DNA from: Octopus vulgaris
Taxonomy: Eukaryota
NCBI GenBank assembly: GCA_951406725.2
Contig: OX597814.1
Location: 150,474,001-150,538,000, forward strand
Direction: 5' to 3'
DNA length: 64,000 bases
Shown here: positions 14,141 to 26,817 of the stretch, in pieces
Position numbering within the stretch: the stretch's first letter is position 1
Layout: each line of letters begins with the position of its first letter
Position numbers and translations under genes: made by a program
The notes under the pieces: generated by a model
What the model was told of the DNA's origin: nothing
The model's input: the letters and a program-made list of their open reading frames with translations, nothing else
Database searches by the model: none

Positions 14141-14552
14141 CTATTTTGCTTAGGATATTTTGAAATAGCTTTTTGCATTTAGTGCTTAGTTAACTTCAGT
14201 GATATCTTTTTGATAGAAAAATGAAAAAAAAAATGAAGTCATGCGTTCACATTACTTTGGTTGCTCATGTGCTACATTTGAATAAAGAATTGCGATTACG
14301 ATGCGACAAATATCATCAGACAAAATTATGCGAGAAACAATTAACTAAAACATCTCAATCAGCAGACGAAACTATTTCGCAAACAAATCCTTGAGAGCTT
14401 AATATATACATAGATTTGCAATTATTCACAATTTTTTGATTCTTTGAGACACATTATGACAAAATTTTGAGGAATAAGGAATAATCGAATGTATACATTA
14501 TGCTTATGAATTTGTTTTGCAGGATTTCTGATGTGAAATCGTGTGTTAAAAC

Positions 14553-15620
14553 AAATATTTTGGGATGGCCTTTTTTTACTTGCCAGATATATATTCGTTC
14601 TTCCCTCATTTATCATTGGTCTTACTTTATCTTATGTCCACCGTCTGGAAATTTTTGGTCATGCATCTGTGACCTCTTCAGCAACTCTTCCTTCACACGT
14701 GTATCTTCCTGTTCTGTTTAGTCCATTCTGTATTTCTATGATGTGTACTCCTACCTGCGCATGAGGTTTGCGCGCGCGCTTGTGCGTGTGTGTGTGTGTG
14801 TGTGCTTTGTGCGTGTTTGTGTGTATGATTGCGTGTTTGTGTGTGCGTGGCGGCGGCGGCGGCGAACTAGCATTAGATAAGGTAGACAACTTACTTTGAG
14901 GAGACGGCACATAGCATAGGAGAGCTGATAGGCGAGCACTGGCTGGAGCTCAAAGAGGAGAAATGTTCGTCAATGTTCTACCAACATGCTCAATTAAAAC
15001 ATAAAGGCTTGGTTAATAACAAAGAGGTTAAGGTATCATCGTGTCATAGAACAGACACGACACCTAGATTACGGGGGCCACACACTTGGCAATAGACAGG
15101 CCGAGTTTCAACAGAAAACACGAATGGAATGATAACAACAACCACCACCACATTACACAACACGATGACTAAAGGTAGAAGGTAAAAAAGCATAGATGCA
15201 AGCATTATAATACATAAACTGCTATATACACACAAAAGCGACACGCATGCACATACTTGTGATGAAGTATAATAAATAAAGGTAAATAAGTAAATAAATG
15301 AAAGAAAAAGCTATTTAAAGAGCACAGATATAGTAAGCAAACCCATATACACATACAAAACATATAGATACACGTACACACATGCACGCACGCGCGTACA
15401 CACACATACAGATAAGAATACACATCATAGAAATATAGAATGGATTAAAAAGAACAGGGTGACACACGTAAGATAGAAGAGTTGCTGAAGAGGTCACTGA
15501 TGTGTGACGAAAAATTTCCAGACAATGGACATAAGGTAAAATAAGTACCTTAATAAACGAGTGAAGAACGAATATATAGTACGTATTTAGATGGCAAGAA
15601 AAAAGGGACTGTCTCGATAT
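14553..15620 (+). mobile_element. Truncated Penelope-like element: GIY-YIG remnant between inverted pseudo-LTRs
   Basis: About 14553-14758 is a diverged inverted copy of about 15408-15620. The interior (about 14889-15090) translates TYFEETAHSIGELIGEHW...SSMFYQHAQLKH, a decayed YIGET..R..EH motif. Confidence 0.7.
15481..15521 (+). ncRNA. Minimal hammerhead-like motif (degenerate)
   Basis: Reads CTGAAGA-g-gtcac(tgatgt)gtgac-GAAA-aattt-c, with a palindromic AAATTT stem III and a weak stem I. An inverted copy lies at 14645-14685. Confidence 0.55.
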
Positions 15621-15636
15621 ATAGCAATACATTATA

Positions 15637-15862
15637 CGGCGAGCTGGCAGAATCGTTAGCACGCCAGGCAAAATGCTTAACCGTATTTCGTCTGCCGTTA
15701 CTTTCTGAGTTCAAATTCCGCCGAGGTCGACTTGGCCTTTCATCCTTTCGGGGTCAATTAAATAAGTACCAGCTACGCACTGGGTCGATGTAATCGACTT
15801 AGTCCCTTTGTCTGTCCTTGTTTGTCCCCATTATGTTTAGTCCCTTGTGGGCAATAAAGAAT
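15637..15862 (+). mobile_element. tRNA-derived SINE
   Basis: ggcgagctggcagaatcgttagc...gagttcaaattcc (B-box-like)...gggcaataaagaa. Confidence 0.9.
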
Positions 15863-16609
15863 TATATATGTTATTTTTTAAAGTAAATAATATGCAATTC
15901 GCAGTACTTTGGTACACTAAAGCTGGCAAGCTGTCACGGTCTGTATCACTAACTCCTTACCTTTAGAGTCGAACCATTTCAACCATTCGACTTGTAGCCT
16001 CCACCAAAACTTCAAACCTTGTACATATAGTAGAAAGGATTATTTTTAGCCCATTAGATCAGCAACCTTTCTTAAATTGTTGACTTTCTGCCAAATTCAG
16101 AAACCAGTTTTATTGTCCATATAAGCCACTATGAATCAGAATTAACATTACAATAATCCGTGTGAGTAGTGAAAGGATATTAGTGATAAGGTCCGTATTT
16201 CGGTATAGCACATGTGATATGTAATGAATGATATTCAATGAAGTGAGCTTATAATCAACCACAAAGTATAATGATCACAGATGATTACAATCTCTTCCAA
16301 ACTTTCATACTTCCCCTGACTCATTCACTCTTTCTTATCTTCTATAGTGTTGCTGTAGCTAGCAGAGAGAAACAGGTGAGAAAGCTGTAGGAAATGTACG
16401 ATGGAAGTAATACATGTAGACTAAACGTATAAACGAATGCAATTCAAACAACAATAGGTCTTTGTTCGGGGTTCTTGCTTCTAGCAGAGATTAGCCAATT
16501 AACGGTTCCATACGAACACCATCGACACACGAAGCTAACGATAATCATCACCACTACCATGACAGGGACTCTCACCCTCATACGATAAGCATTACCCTCA
16601 ACAACGCTA

Positions 16610-16698
16610 ATTTCTACTACTACTACTACCACCCAAACCACAAACACCACCACCACCAACAAACACCACAACCACCACCACCACCACCACCACCACCC

Positions 16699-16741
<43 letters not shown>
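16610..16741. repeat. (CTA)n/(CCA)n microsatellite
   Basis: Seen directly in the sequence. Confidence 0.9.
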
Positions 16742-17898
16742 GGCTGGTTCTGCATTCTAACATTCGGCTCCTCAGCGTGCAGACATTTCACAACACCTGA
16801 GCTGGTAACTAGATCTGCGATTAATCACATGTAACGCCACCGTACACAATGAGCTTATCGTATTTCTCCTCTCAGCCTCTCCTTCCATACCATGCACCAC
16901 ATGTAGACACAAGAACTTACTTCAGTGCGCACACACCACACACGTACATACACATATATACCTGCACAAATATGCAATCATACATACATACATAAGCACT
17001 TACTACACACTCACGCACTTCTCTACTCGCTTAACCTCACTGAACTAATTCCATCATTTCCCCTTTGAATTTTCTTCATAAGTTCAGCTGCCAAAGACAA
17101 TTCCATTTATTTCTATTATCCTATCGCTAACGTCTTTAGCGCATAACCGACATTTACATTTGCTTCTAAATCTCAGAGTTTTTATATCTTACATACTGAA
17201 GTTTGCTTTACGATCCATTACGCTTTCAGTTTATTTATCAATTAACTATTCGTGAATATAGCTTTGTTCGAATTTCTTTAGCATAGCCGGAACAAATATT
17301 ATTTTCTATGGTTGTTTGTTTTACGTGTTCCGCTTCTGCTACTATTAGCCGCTCCATAATTCAATTCCATTTTATTCTTATTCAATCACAACTGCTTTTG
17401 AATTTTAATGGTCCACATCTGCTCAACAGTTAACCTTTCCTTCCCTAACCCTCCGCCTCATTTTCACATACTCCTTATTTTTTTAACTTTTAGTCACAAA
17501 TCCTTGCCCTATCTGTAACAACCAACCAGCAACTGAGCACCTCAGAAAATATGTGACTTCTACAGCTGTAATGAAGGCAACTAGGAGCTCTGCACTCTCT
17601 CAAAAAATACTAATTCCTAATAAAATGCAGTAAATCCAGTAACTTGACCACACTGATTCCTGTCTCAAGATAATCCCAGTTTTTTTTTTTTTTTTTGCTG
17701 GGTGTGTGAAAGAGATATGCACCAAAGAATTTAATACCATTTCTTCGTCCATATTTATCTTAGTGGTGTTCACTCTGTTCCAACTATTTGTACCACATAT
17801 TCATCAGAATTAGGAAATGTCTAAATTTTCGATCCATAACGCACATTTTTCTATGGGTAGCGCCACTATTCATCAAAACGTGTAAATGAAGAGAAGGT

Positions 17899-18260
17899 TT
17901 CCCAGCGAAGACCCCTTGCAAGATACTACAAGGGTCCGGTTACATGAGTGCAATGGCATTGAGGTGGGCATCGTTTGCACAGGTGTTCTCAGTGGAAAAT
18001 TTGCATCTAACACTACCATCCCAATTTACCTGTGGTTGGTATCGGTGACATCTTGCATCGACTCATTAAAACGAGAAAAAGAGAGTGAAAGAAGGAAAGA
18101 AACAATATAACATAGAATTGATGACAAAGAAAAAAACATAAAGAATATAAAAAATAAAATAAAAATAAAAATAAAAATTGTTACCAGATAAAAAAATAAA
18201 GAACAACAAAATTTCCCAACGAAGAATCCTTGCAAGATACTACAAGGGTTCGGTTACATG
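17899..18260. repeat. Pair of ~49-bp direct repeats containing a hairpin
   Basis: ttccca(g/a)cgaaga..ccttgcaagatactacaagggt(c/t)cggttacatga occurs at about 17899-17947 and 18212-18260. Confidence 0.85.
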
Positions 18261-18270
18261 ACCGTTGTTG

Positions 18271-18328
<58 letters not shown>

Positions 18329-21300
18329 TTTTTTTTTTCTTCTTTCAAATTTTCTTCCATTTCTTGCCGAGTGTCTTCCCGACTCCTAGGGCAAAGAAAC
18401 TCATAGTGTATATTGGTAGGCCATTAAACCAAACTCAGTAGTTCGTTCATTTTTTTTTTTTTTTTTTTTTAAAGTTAAATTAAAATGCATGAGCAGCAAC
18501 AGTTCTCACATCGACAATGCTCTTCTCAATACGTGTGATGTACCAGTTAAGACAATCTTTTGCACTTCTTGCAGGGATGGTAAGCCAGGGATCATTCTCA
18601 TATAATTTTCGGTTCCCTTCTTGATCATTCCTAGTGCTCCTACGATCACTGGTATTGTAACCGCCTTGAGATGCCACATTTTCTCAATTTCAATGAGTAG
18701 GTCTTTATATTTTCTGAGCTTGTCAAACTCTTTCGCTGAGATATTATGATCACAGGGGATGCTCATGTCGATCAATAAGCAAACTTTATTGTTTTGGTCT
18801 TTCACAACAATATCTGGTTTATTGGCCTTGATGGTTCGGTCTGTATGTACTGGAAAGTCCCACAGAATGGTTACATTTTCTCCTTCAGTTACAGCCTCAG
18901 GGTGGTGATTATACCACTTGTCGGCAGTTTTGATATTGTAATGCCGACTTATTAGCCAGTGGAGATATTGGCCAACTCTGTCATGTCTTAATTTATACTC
19001 CACTGGTGCTAAGACTTTACATCCAGAGATTAGGTGGTCCACTGTTTCAATCATGTCGTTGCAGAATCGGCATTTTGGGTCAGCTCCATTTTTCATCACA
19101 TTGGCCTGGTAGTTCCGGGTTGATAGGCTTTGGTCTTGAGCAGCCAGGATGAAACCTTCGCTCTCTGCTTTTAGCCCTGAGCTCCGCAGCCACTGATGGG
19201 TTTGCTTCTGGTCAACATCAGCTTGTTTGCTGCGGGTCACATATTTGCCGTGCAGAGGTTTCTCCTCCCACCTATCAGCCAATTGCTCGTGCGCTTTTTT
19301 CATTGCCATCATTTTCACCTTCTTTGCAACAATAGTTGCCGTACTTCCCTCGGGTTGTTCAGTTTGGGTATCCTGCACGAGATCAATAGCAAATTTTTTG
19401 CTTTCCTTGATGATAGAATGAAGCTTCTTTCGTCTCTCGTGATTTTCCACGAGCTTTAGCATCCAGTCATTCGATATTTCGAGATATTTGGCCAGTCCAA
19501 TTGTGGTTGTTTTGTAAGCTAGTTCAAATTGGATCAGGCCTCGACCTCCTTGGGCTCTGGGAAGGTAAAGGCGATCTACGTCTGCCTTTGGGTGGTGCAT
19601 CCTATTACAACTCAGCAGCTTGCGTATTTTTCTATCCATATTCTTTACTTCACTCATATTCCAGTTCAACACATTGTAGCTATAAGTAACAACTGGAACT
19701 GCTAGGGAATTTATAGCTAACACCTTGTTACGTGCATTTAGTTCAGATTTCAGGACTGCACGAACTCTCCTATAACATTCCTTCCTGATTTTCTCTTTCA
19801 TGCTTGCATGCTGAATACCAGAGCCTTCATTTATCCCTAAATATTTGTATGTTTGTTCTTGCTCAAGCTCTCTTATGACTGTGTCAACATCTAACACGAC
19901 TGAATTTGTGGTCTTCACTTTCCCTTTCTGGAAAGTGGCCTTGGCACACTTCTCAAGTCCAAACTCCATCCCGATGTCATCGCTGAATGATTTCACGGTG
20001 CGCAATAGGCCTTCAAGTTCATTATTGTCTTTACTATAAAGTTTTAAATTATCCATATAAAATAGATGGCTTATTTTTTTATTGGCAATTTTATACCCAT
20101 ACCTTGTTCTGTTTAATTCACTTGTAAGGGGTATTAGGGCTATGCAGAATATTAAAGGTGAAAGTGAGTCACCTTGAAAAATTCCACAGTTGATGTTTAT
20201 ATTTTCTGAGGCAAGTACTCCATTAGAGTGGTATAATTGGAGATTCGTATTCCACAACGACATATTGTGCTTCAGGAAGTTTGAAATCACAGGGGAAATT
20301 TTGAAGATGTCCAGCGATCTCAAGATCCATGGATGCGGTATACTGTCGAAGGCCTTTTTATAGTCAATCCATGCGGTGCTGAGATTTCTGCGCTTGTTGT
20401 GACAGTTCTCAAGGATCATACGATTGATTAGCAGTTGATCTTTGCATCCGTAAGAGCCTCGGCGGCACCCTTTTTGTTCAATGGGGAAAATATCGTTCTT
20501 CTCCATGAATGCATATGTTTTCTCCGCCAGGATAGATGTTAGAATTTTATACGTGGTGGATAGACAGGTTATAGGCCGATAGTTTTTTGGAAGGTTGGTT
20601 TCGTTATTCTTTGGGAGTAGGTAAGTAATGCCACTTGCTAACCATTCAGGTGTTTTCTTTGGGTCTCTCATAATTCCATTGAGCAGCTGAACTAGCTTAC
20701 CGTGTGCGCACGGGAGCGATGCGAGCCAGAAATTCGGCACCCTATCTTTACCGGGGGATTTCCAATTATGGGCCTTCGTGAGTGCCTTTCTTAGGTCTGC
20801 TATTGTGATGTCTTCCCATGCTTGTTGTTGTAAATTTTGGTAGGATCCTTCAGTTTGTATAATCCAGTCTGCATTTATGTTGTACGTCTTCTTGTCACTC
20901 CAAATCCTTTTCCAAAAGTTTTGAACTTCTTCCATGGGAGGGGGGTCTTTAACGGTTACTTTCTCCTTCCCTATTTCTTTGTAGAATTTTTTGGCATTGG
21001 ATGTGAACAGCTTATTTTGCTTGTAAAACTTGTTTCTCTTCTCAAATCTTCGTATTCTTTGGGCTTTTGCTTGGACTTTTTGTTTCAGCGTTTCTTTTAT
21101 TGATATCAGTTCTTCTCTTGGTGAGGATCCAAATTTTCTCTTCATCTTTCTTCCTGTTCTGGATCTTACATCATTTCCACATATTAGTTCATTTAATATT
21201 GATATTTCCCCTCTCATAAATTCAATCTCTTTTTCAATTTTACTTCTCCAGGTTTGATTTCTTCCCAGGTTTTGTTTTCTTTGTTTTTTCGGGGGCATAC

Positions 21301-22240
21301 AGCTGGTTTCAATTGCCCTAGCAGAAGCTTAAATAATTTCATTTAACTCAGTAAAATCAGGTTTTAATTCTCGTATTATTTCATTTGTTACATAGTTGCC
21401 AATTTGGATTTGTTTTTTATTTTGGTTTGTATTTGAGAGTTTATGAAGCGGTTCTCTATCATTCATACTTGTATGTCTTACAACTTCAAGCGTATTCAGG
21501 ATTTTCTGCCTCATTTCTGCTATAGACTCTCTGTGTTCTTCAGCAAATGCGAGATCTTCAGTTACTGTTGTTTTTTCGTTTTCCTGGCTATCTTTAACAG
21601 GTACAATAGAATTTCTTGTATCTTCAGGCCTTTGCGTACTTTGGTCAGATGGCAGTCTTTCAATTAAGCCTCGTGGCGGGCTATACTGTTCATCTGATTC
21701 TTCATTTCCTTTGTGTCTTATATTTATGTCATTTTCCGTTGCGTGCTTGATCGCGCTTATTTCACTGTCTGTGAGTCTGTTATTTCTAAAGATATCCCTC
21801 CTCACATTTGCTAATTTGTTCTCGTCCAAATAGGGCCTACTGTCTTGATTCCGTGTTCTCTATATACTGTAAGAGTTTGCGGTGTGTCTCTCTTGAGATG
21901 GCCTACCTAATGCATAGTAATAAGCGTATATTACTTCTTTATACTCTTCTCGGGTCCATTTGTTCCGCTTACATTTTTCTTTCTGTGGTGGTTGTGGTGG
22001 TGAACTTGGAGGGCTCGAGTTGGGGGATTTCCCGTTCAAGTGACCATCCATGTCCGTATTCGGAGAAGAGTTTGTGCCAGTTGATGACTTTTCGATCCCA
22101 GGCTGGCTCTTCCCTGGGGGACGCGCTTCCAGATTAACCATAGGACAAGCGATTTGGTATACTGATTTAGTTTTCCTTTTAGTTTCCAAAAACATTTTGG
22201 TGCTACGATAATGTTATTTTTTTTTTTTTTTTTTTTTAGC
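18329..22240 (-). mobile_element. Near full-length R4/Dong-clade non-LTR retrotransposon with its 3' end abutting (TAA)n
   Basis: A single reading frame encodes RT, a CCHC finger (CRFC...ETVDHLISGC), RHD and a PD..D endonuclease (KPDIVVKD...LIDMSIP...KYKDL). The 3' UTR runs into (TAA)n at about 18275-18328. The 5' boundary is approximate. Confidence 0.93.
18506..22195 (-). pseudogene. R4/Dong RT-endonuclease polyprotein (~1230 codons) with two in-frame stops and a YMDD-to-YMDN change
   Basis: ORFs 21860-22195, 21329-21829 and 18506-21298 share one frame and are broken only by TAG (21860-21862) and TAA (21329-21331). RT motifs are WIDYKKAFDS, GIFQGDSLSPL and HLFYMDNLK. Confidence 0.92.
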
Positions 22241-22619
22241 TTTGATTGACTCGTGGGGAGACGGCCATCATTGCCGTTACAATTATAATCGTACCATTAT
22301 AGCAGCCGTAGTCGGCTTATTATTGTTATTATCATCACCATTACCATCACTATCATCATTATCACCACCATTACCATCATCATTATCATCATCACCATCA
22401 CCATCACCACCATCATCATCAATGATATTGTTTTATGTGTAGTCACAGCAGTATCTTATTATTGTTATTTTTGTTTTTTTATCATTATCACCATCACAGT
22501 AGTGTCTGTCTGTCTCGTTGGCTGGCTGACTGTCTTTTTTTTTTTTTTTTTTTTTTTTTAGGTGCGGTTCTATCGGTCAAAAAAAGTTCAGATGTTTACT
22601 ACTATTAGGCTTAAGAAAA

Positions 22620-23670
22620 ATTAAGGAAGGGCGGTTCTGTATTGTTTGTGAATAGAGAAGTTGTGTTCGACCAGAGAGAATCGTAGCATCATCATTTTTT
22701 TTTTTTTTCCACGTGCGTTTGTGTTATTGCAATAAAAAGTGTTTGTATATTTCCTGTAAGGTAATATTGTGGAGGTTGAAGTTGACTTTTCTAGAGATGT
22801 TTGTATGTCCAGTTAGAAGAACAGGTGTGTTTTTACAATAAAAAGTATATGTTTACATTTATATTTGAATATTCAGGGAGGAAGCAAAGAAAAGTCAGAT
22901 TTTCATAGAAAGTTTTAGGGTTTTGTAAGTCCACAAAAAGAAAAAAAAACAGAAAAGCGTGATGTTTTTAGAGAGAAAAAAAAAAAAAAAAGGATGTTTA
23001 CAGAGGCAATTGTGGGTATCAAAGTTTTTAAAGCTGGTCGAATGTATGATTGAAAACTGTAGATATGTAAATTTGTAAATTTTCTTAACTTATTTTGAAG
23101 GGCTGTTCTGTATTATTTGTGAATAGAGAAGCTGTGTTCGATCAGAGAGAATCTTAGCATCATTATTTTTTCCATGTGCGTTTGTGTTATTGCAATAAAA
23201 AATGTTTGTATATTTCGTGCTTATTTTGAAGGGCTATTCTGTATTATTTGTGAATAGAGAAGCTGTGTTCGACCAGAGAGAATCTTAGCATCATTATTTT
23301 TTCCATGTGCGTTTGTGTTATTGCAATAAAAAGTGTTTGTATATTTCGTGCAAGGTAATATTGTGGAGGTTGAAGTTGACCCCTCTAGAGATGTTTGTAT
23401 GTCCAGTTAGAGGAACAGGTGTGTTTTGCAATAAAGAGTATATGTTTACATTTATATTTGAATATTCTGGGAGGAAGCAAAGAAAAGTCAGATTTTCATA
23501 GAAAGTTTTAGGGTTTTGCAAGTCCACAAAAAGAAAAGCGTGATATTTTTAGAGAGAAGAAAAAAAGGGTGCTTACAGAGGCAGTTGTGGGTATTAAAGT
23601 TTTTAAGGCCGATCGGATGTATGTTTGAAAGCTGCAGATATGTAAATTTGTAAATTTCTTAACCCACTTT
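22620..23670. repeat. Local tandem duplication (~460-bp unit twice plus a 131-bp partial copy)
   Basis: gaagggc.gttctgtatt.tttgtgaatagagaag recurs at about 22626, 23097 and 23228. Confidence 0.9.
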
Positions 23671-23790
23671 GAAGAGAATTTCAAATACTCACGAGGTATT
23701 GTGGATGTTCCAGTCTTTGAGAGTTATTTTTCCCCGTTGCTAAACTGGCCCATATTAGTGTTTCTATGCCACCGAACTGTCAGAGCACTC

Positions 23791-24190
<400 letters not shown>

Positions 24191-25510
24191 TTCTCATTAT
24201 TGCAGGTTTTGTTGGAGGTACTAGTGTCTTGCATGCATAGCGGGCTTACTACCTGCAGCCTACGGTACCTTGCTATTCGTTCTTTTGAGTTATCAAATGC
24301 TTTCCTGATTATTCTGGCCGTACCAAGGAGTCGAAGCTTTTGTAAGAGTTCTACTGGGCATTCTCTTCCAATTTCCTTCATATTCCTCTTGTTGCCTTCT
24401 GATACTGTGCCTAAGGAACCAACAATAATTGGCACTATTTTCATCTTCTTCGTTTTCCATAGCCGGGCTGTATCTATCTTTTTATGCAACATCAACTATA
24501 TAGCATATGTGGTGCACCTTGTTCACCACTGCTAGGTTCTGTCTGTTATACTCTAGCACCTGATCTCTTTGGATTGCAAAATACCAGAGGATTTTGCTAA
24601 TGTCCGAATCTACCATTCTCTGTGGTTTGTGCTCATACCACGTCTTGCCTCTCTCTAGCCTACACTTTTTGCACAATTTCCAATGTAGCACTTTCGCTAA
24701 CTGGTCGTGTCGCCGCAAGTTGTAATGATTTTGGGCGAGTCTAGGACATGGGCAATGGTTTCATCTACTCTATAGCAGATGTGGCACAGCGGAGATAACT
24801 GTTCATTCCTAAGGTTGACCCTCCAGTTCATAGCCAGAGCTTGGTCCTGCACTGTCAGCATAGTGCTCTCAGCCTCTTTTTTAGAGTTCCTTTCATCGGC
24901 CAATCCCACCGATTTTTTCCAGTAACTTCTATTGAGGTCTTCATGTCCTTTTTATACTTCTTTGTTTTCCATTTTACTCTGCACTCAATGCTCCCTCGTT
25001 CCTAACTGTCACTAGCAAGCTCTCTTTACTTTGGAATAGGTATCTCATTAAGCTCTCGAGTTCGATACGCACTCAGTCTTCTACACTAATCAGTCCCCTT
25101 CCTCCATTTGCTCTCTTCATATATAGGTAATCATTGTTGTGCACGTGGATGATGGTCTCCATGCAACGTTAGGAGTTTTCTTGACTTCCTGTTCACCTCC
25201 TTTAACTCCTCCTCGGTCTACTTCAGGATTCCAGTGCTATATCGAACTACTGCAACTGCTTCCGAATTTACTGCCGAAATTATTTTTCAGGCATTCAACT
25301 TTGAAGCCAATATTTTTCTAACACTCCATTTTAATATTATTGGAGATGATTCGCACAGATTTGACTAGGCTGTCCAGTTCTGTTTCAGTGTTTTTTAATA
25401 GCTTCAGGATGTCAATGAATAGCAAAGTGGTTTAGTTTTTCCTTACCTCCTCCCAGATCGTATACCAACTTTGTTTTCTGTAGTATTTCACTCAAGGGTA
25501 ATATTTCCCA
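24191..25510 (-). mobile_element. Degenerate 3' part of an R4/Dong element (distinct family)
   Basis: Fragments include AESTMLTVQDQALA, LCHICYRVDETIAHVL, RRHDQLAKVLHWKLC and PIIVGSLG...LLGTARIIRK. It ends in (TAA)n. Confidence 0.88.
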
Positions 25511-25923
25511 ACTTGTTTATTGCTATGGTTTTGTGTTGAGTTTGATCTGAGAACATAATCTTTTGTGGAGAATGACGATTTGACGTCTATATCTAGCATG
25601 TTGACTGTCCACTTTTCGTGTTCAGTCCTTAATTGGTATATATAAATATTTTAATCTTCGGATTCTTTTTTAATATGCTAGACCACTGGTCTTAATTGAT
25701 AAATATCAATTTCTACCCTTAATTAATGTTATATAAATAAATGTTCTCTAACCGATAAATTAACTGCTGCTAATTATTAGCTGCAGGCTAGTTTTCTCGG
25801 GTCTCAACGCGCCAAAGTAAAGGCATTTGAAAGATATATTCAAATGTAATAGGCTGAACTCCATGCACGCGATATTTCGGTATTGTGTTTGCATTTAGTC
25901 CAGCAAATTACATTTATAACGGA

Positions 25924-25988
25924 CCATGCTGATGATGGCTGCAGTTTTCCTTGCGGAAAATAACAGCTGAAACTAAGTTAGTACATGG
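25924..25988 (+). ncRNA. Type I hammerhead ribozyme, copy 1
   Basis: Reads ccatg-CTGATGA-t-ggctg[cag-ttttcc-ttgc-ggaaaa-taa]cagct-GAAA-ct-aagtt-ag-TA-catgg. All three stems pair and cleavage is predicted at GUA after 25983. Confidence 0.88.
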
Positions 25989-26428
25989 GTAATTATTTTA
26001 TTTCGTATATTTTTCACTTGTTTATTGCTATGGTTTTGTGTTGAGTTTGATCTGAGAACATAATCTTTTGTGGAGAATGACGATTTGACGTCTATATCTA
26101 GCATGTTGACTGTCCACTTTTCGTGTTCAGTCCTTAATTGGTATATATAAATATTTTAATCTTCGGATTCTTTTTTAATATGCTAGACCACTGGTCTTAA
26201 TTGATAAATATCAATTTCTACCCTTAATTAATGTTATATAAATAAATGTTCTCTAACCGATAAATTAACTGCTGCTAATTATTAGCTGCAGGCTAGTTTT
26301 CTCGGGTCTCAACGCGCCAAAGTAAAGGCATTTGAAAGATATATTCAAATGTAATAGGCTGAACTCCATGCACGCGATATTTCGGTATCGTGTTTGCATT
26401 TAGTCCAGCAAATTACATTTATAACGGA

Positions 26429-26493
26429 CCATGCTGATGATGGCTGCAGTTTTCCTTGCGGAAAATAACAGCTGAAACTAAGTTAGTACATGG
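26429..26493 (+). ncRNA. Type I hammerhead ribozyme, copy 2
   Basis: Identical to copy 1 and 505 bp downstream. Cleavage is predicted after 26488. Confidence 0.88.
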
Positions 26494-26644
26494 GTAATTA
26501 TTTTATTTCGTATATTTTTCACTTGTTTATTGCTATGGTTTTGTGTTGAGTTTGATCTGAGAACATAATCTTTTGTGGAGAATGACGATTTGACGTCTAT
26601 ATCTAGCATGTTGACTGTCCACTTTTCGTGTTCAGTCCTTAATT

Positions 26645-26734
<90 letters not shown>

Positions 26735-26817
26735 GGTCCCGGGTTGATTCGGGGTTAACCACAGTAAATAAGGTACTCAATACATAGCAGAGTAAAATTA
26801 ATTTATTATATAGAAGG

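Larger units (their letters stand above)
25511..26646 (+). repeat. 505-bp non-coding tandem repeat (~2.25 units), hammerhead-bearing and retrozyme-like
   Basis: acttgtttattgctatgg recurs at 25511, 26016 and 26521. The units are nearly identical and the array ends in ...ccttaattgg(TA)n. Confidence 0.95.

Noticed and set aside
15637-15725. tRNA gene
   Set aside because: It is the tRNA-like head of a SINE: it has a B-box-like motif but no complete cloverleaf and continues into the SINE body.
19196-21257. Plus-strand ORFs overlapping the R4/Dong ORF (likewise minus-strand ORFs over 31.2-33.8 kb)
   Set aside because: They are antisense shadows of real reading frames and have no motifs.
25511-26646. 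CRISPR-like array
   Set aside because: The whole 505-bp unit repeats with no unique spacers, there are no cas genes, and the context is eukaryotic.
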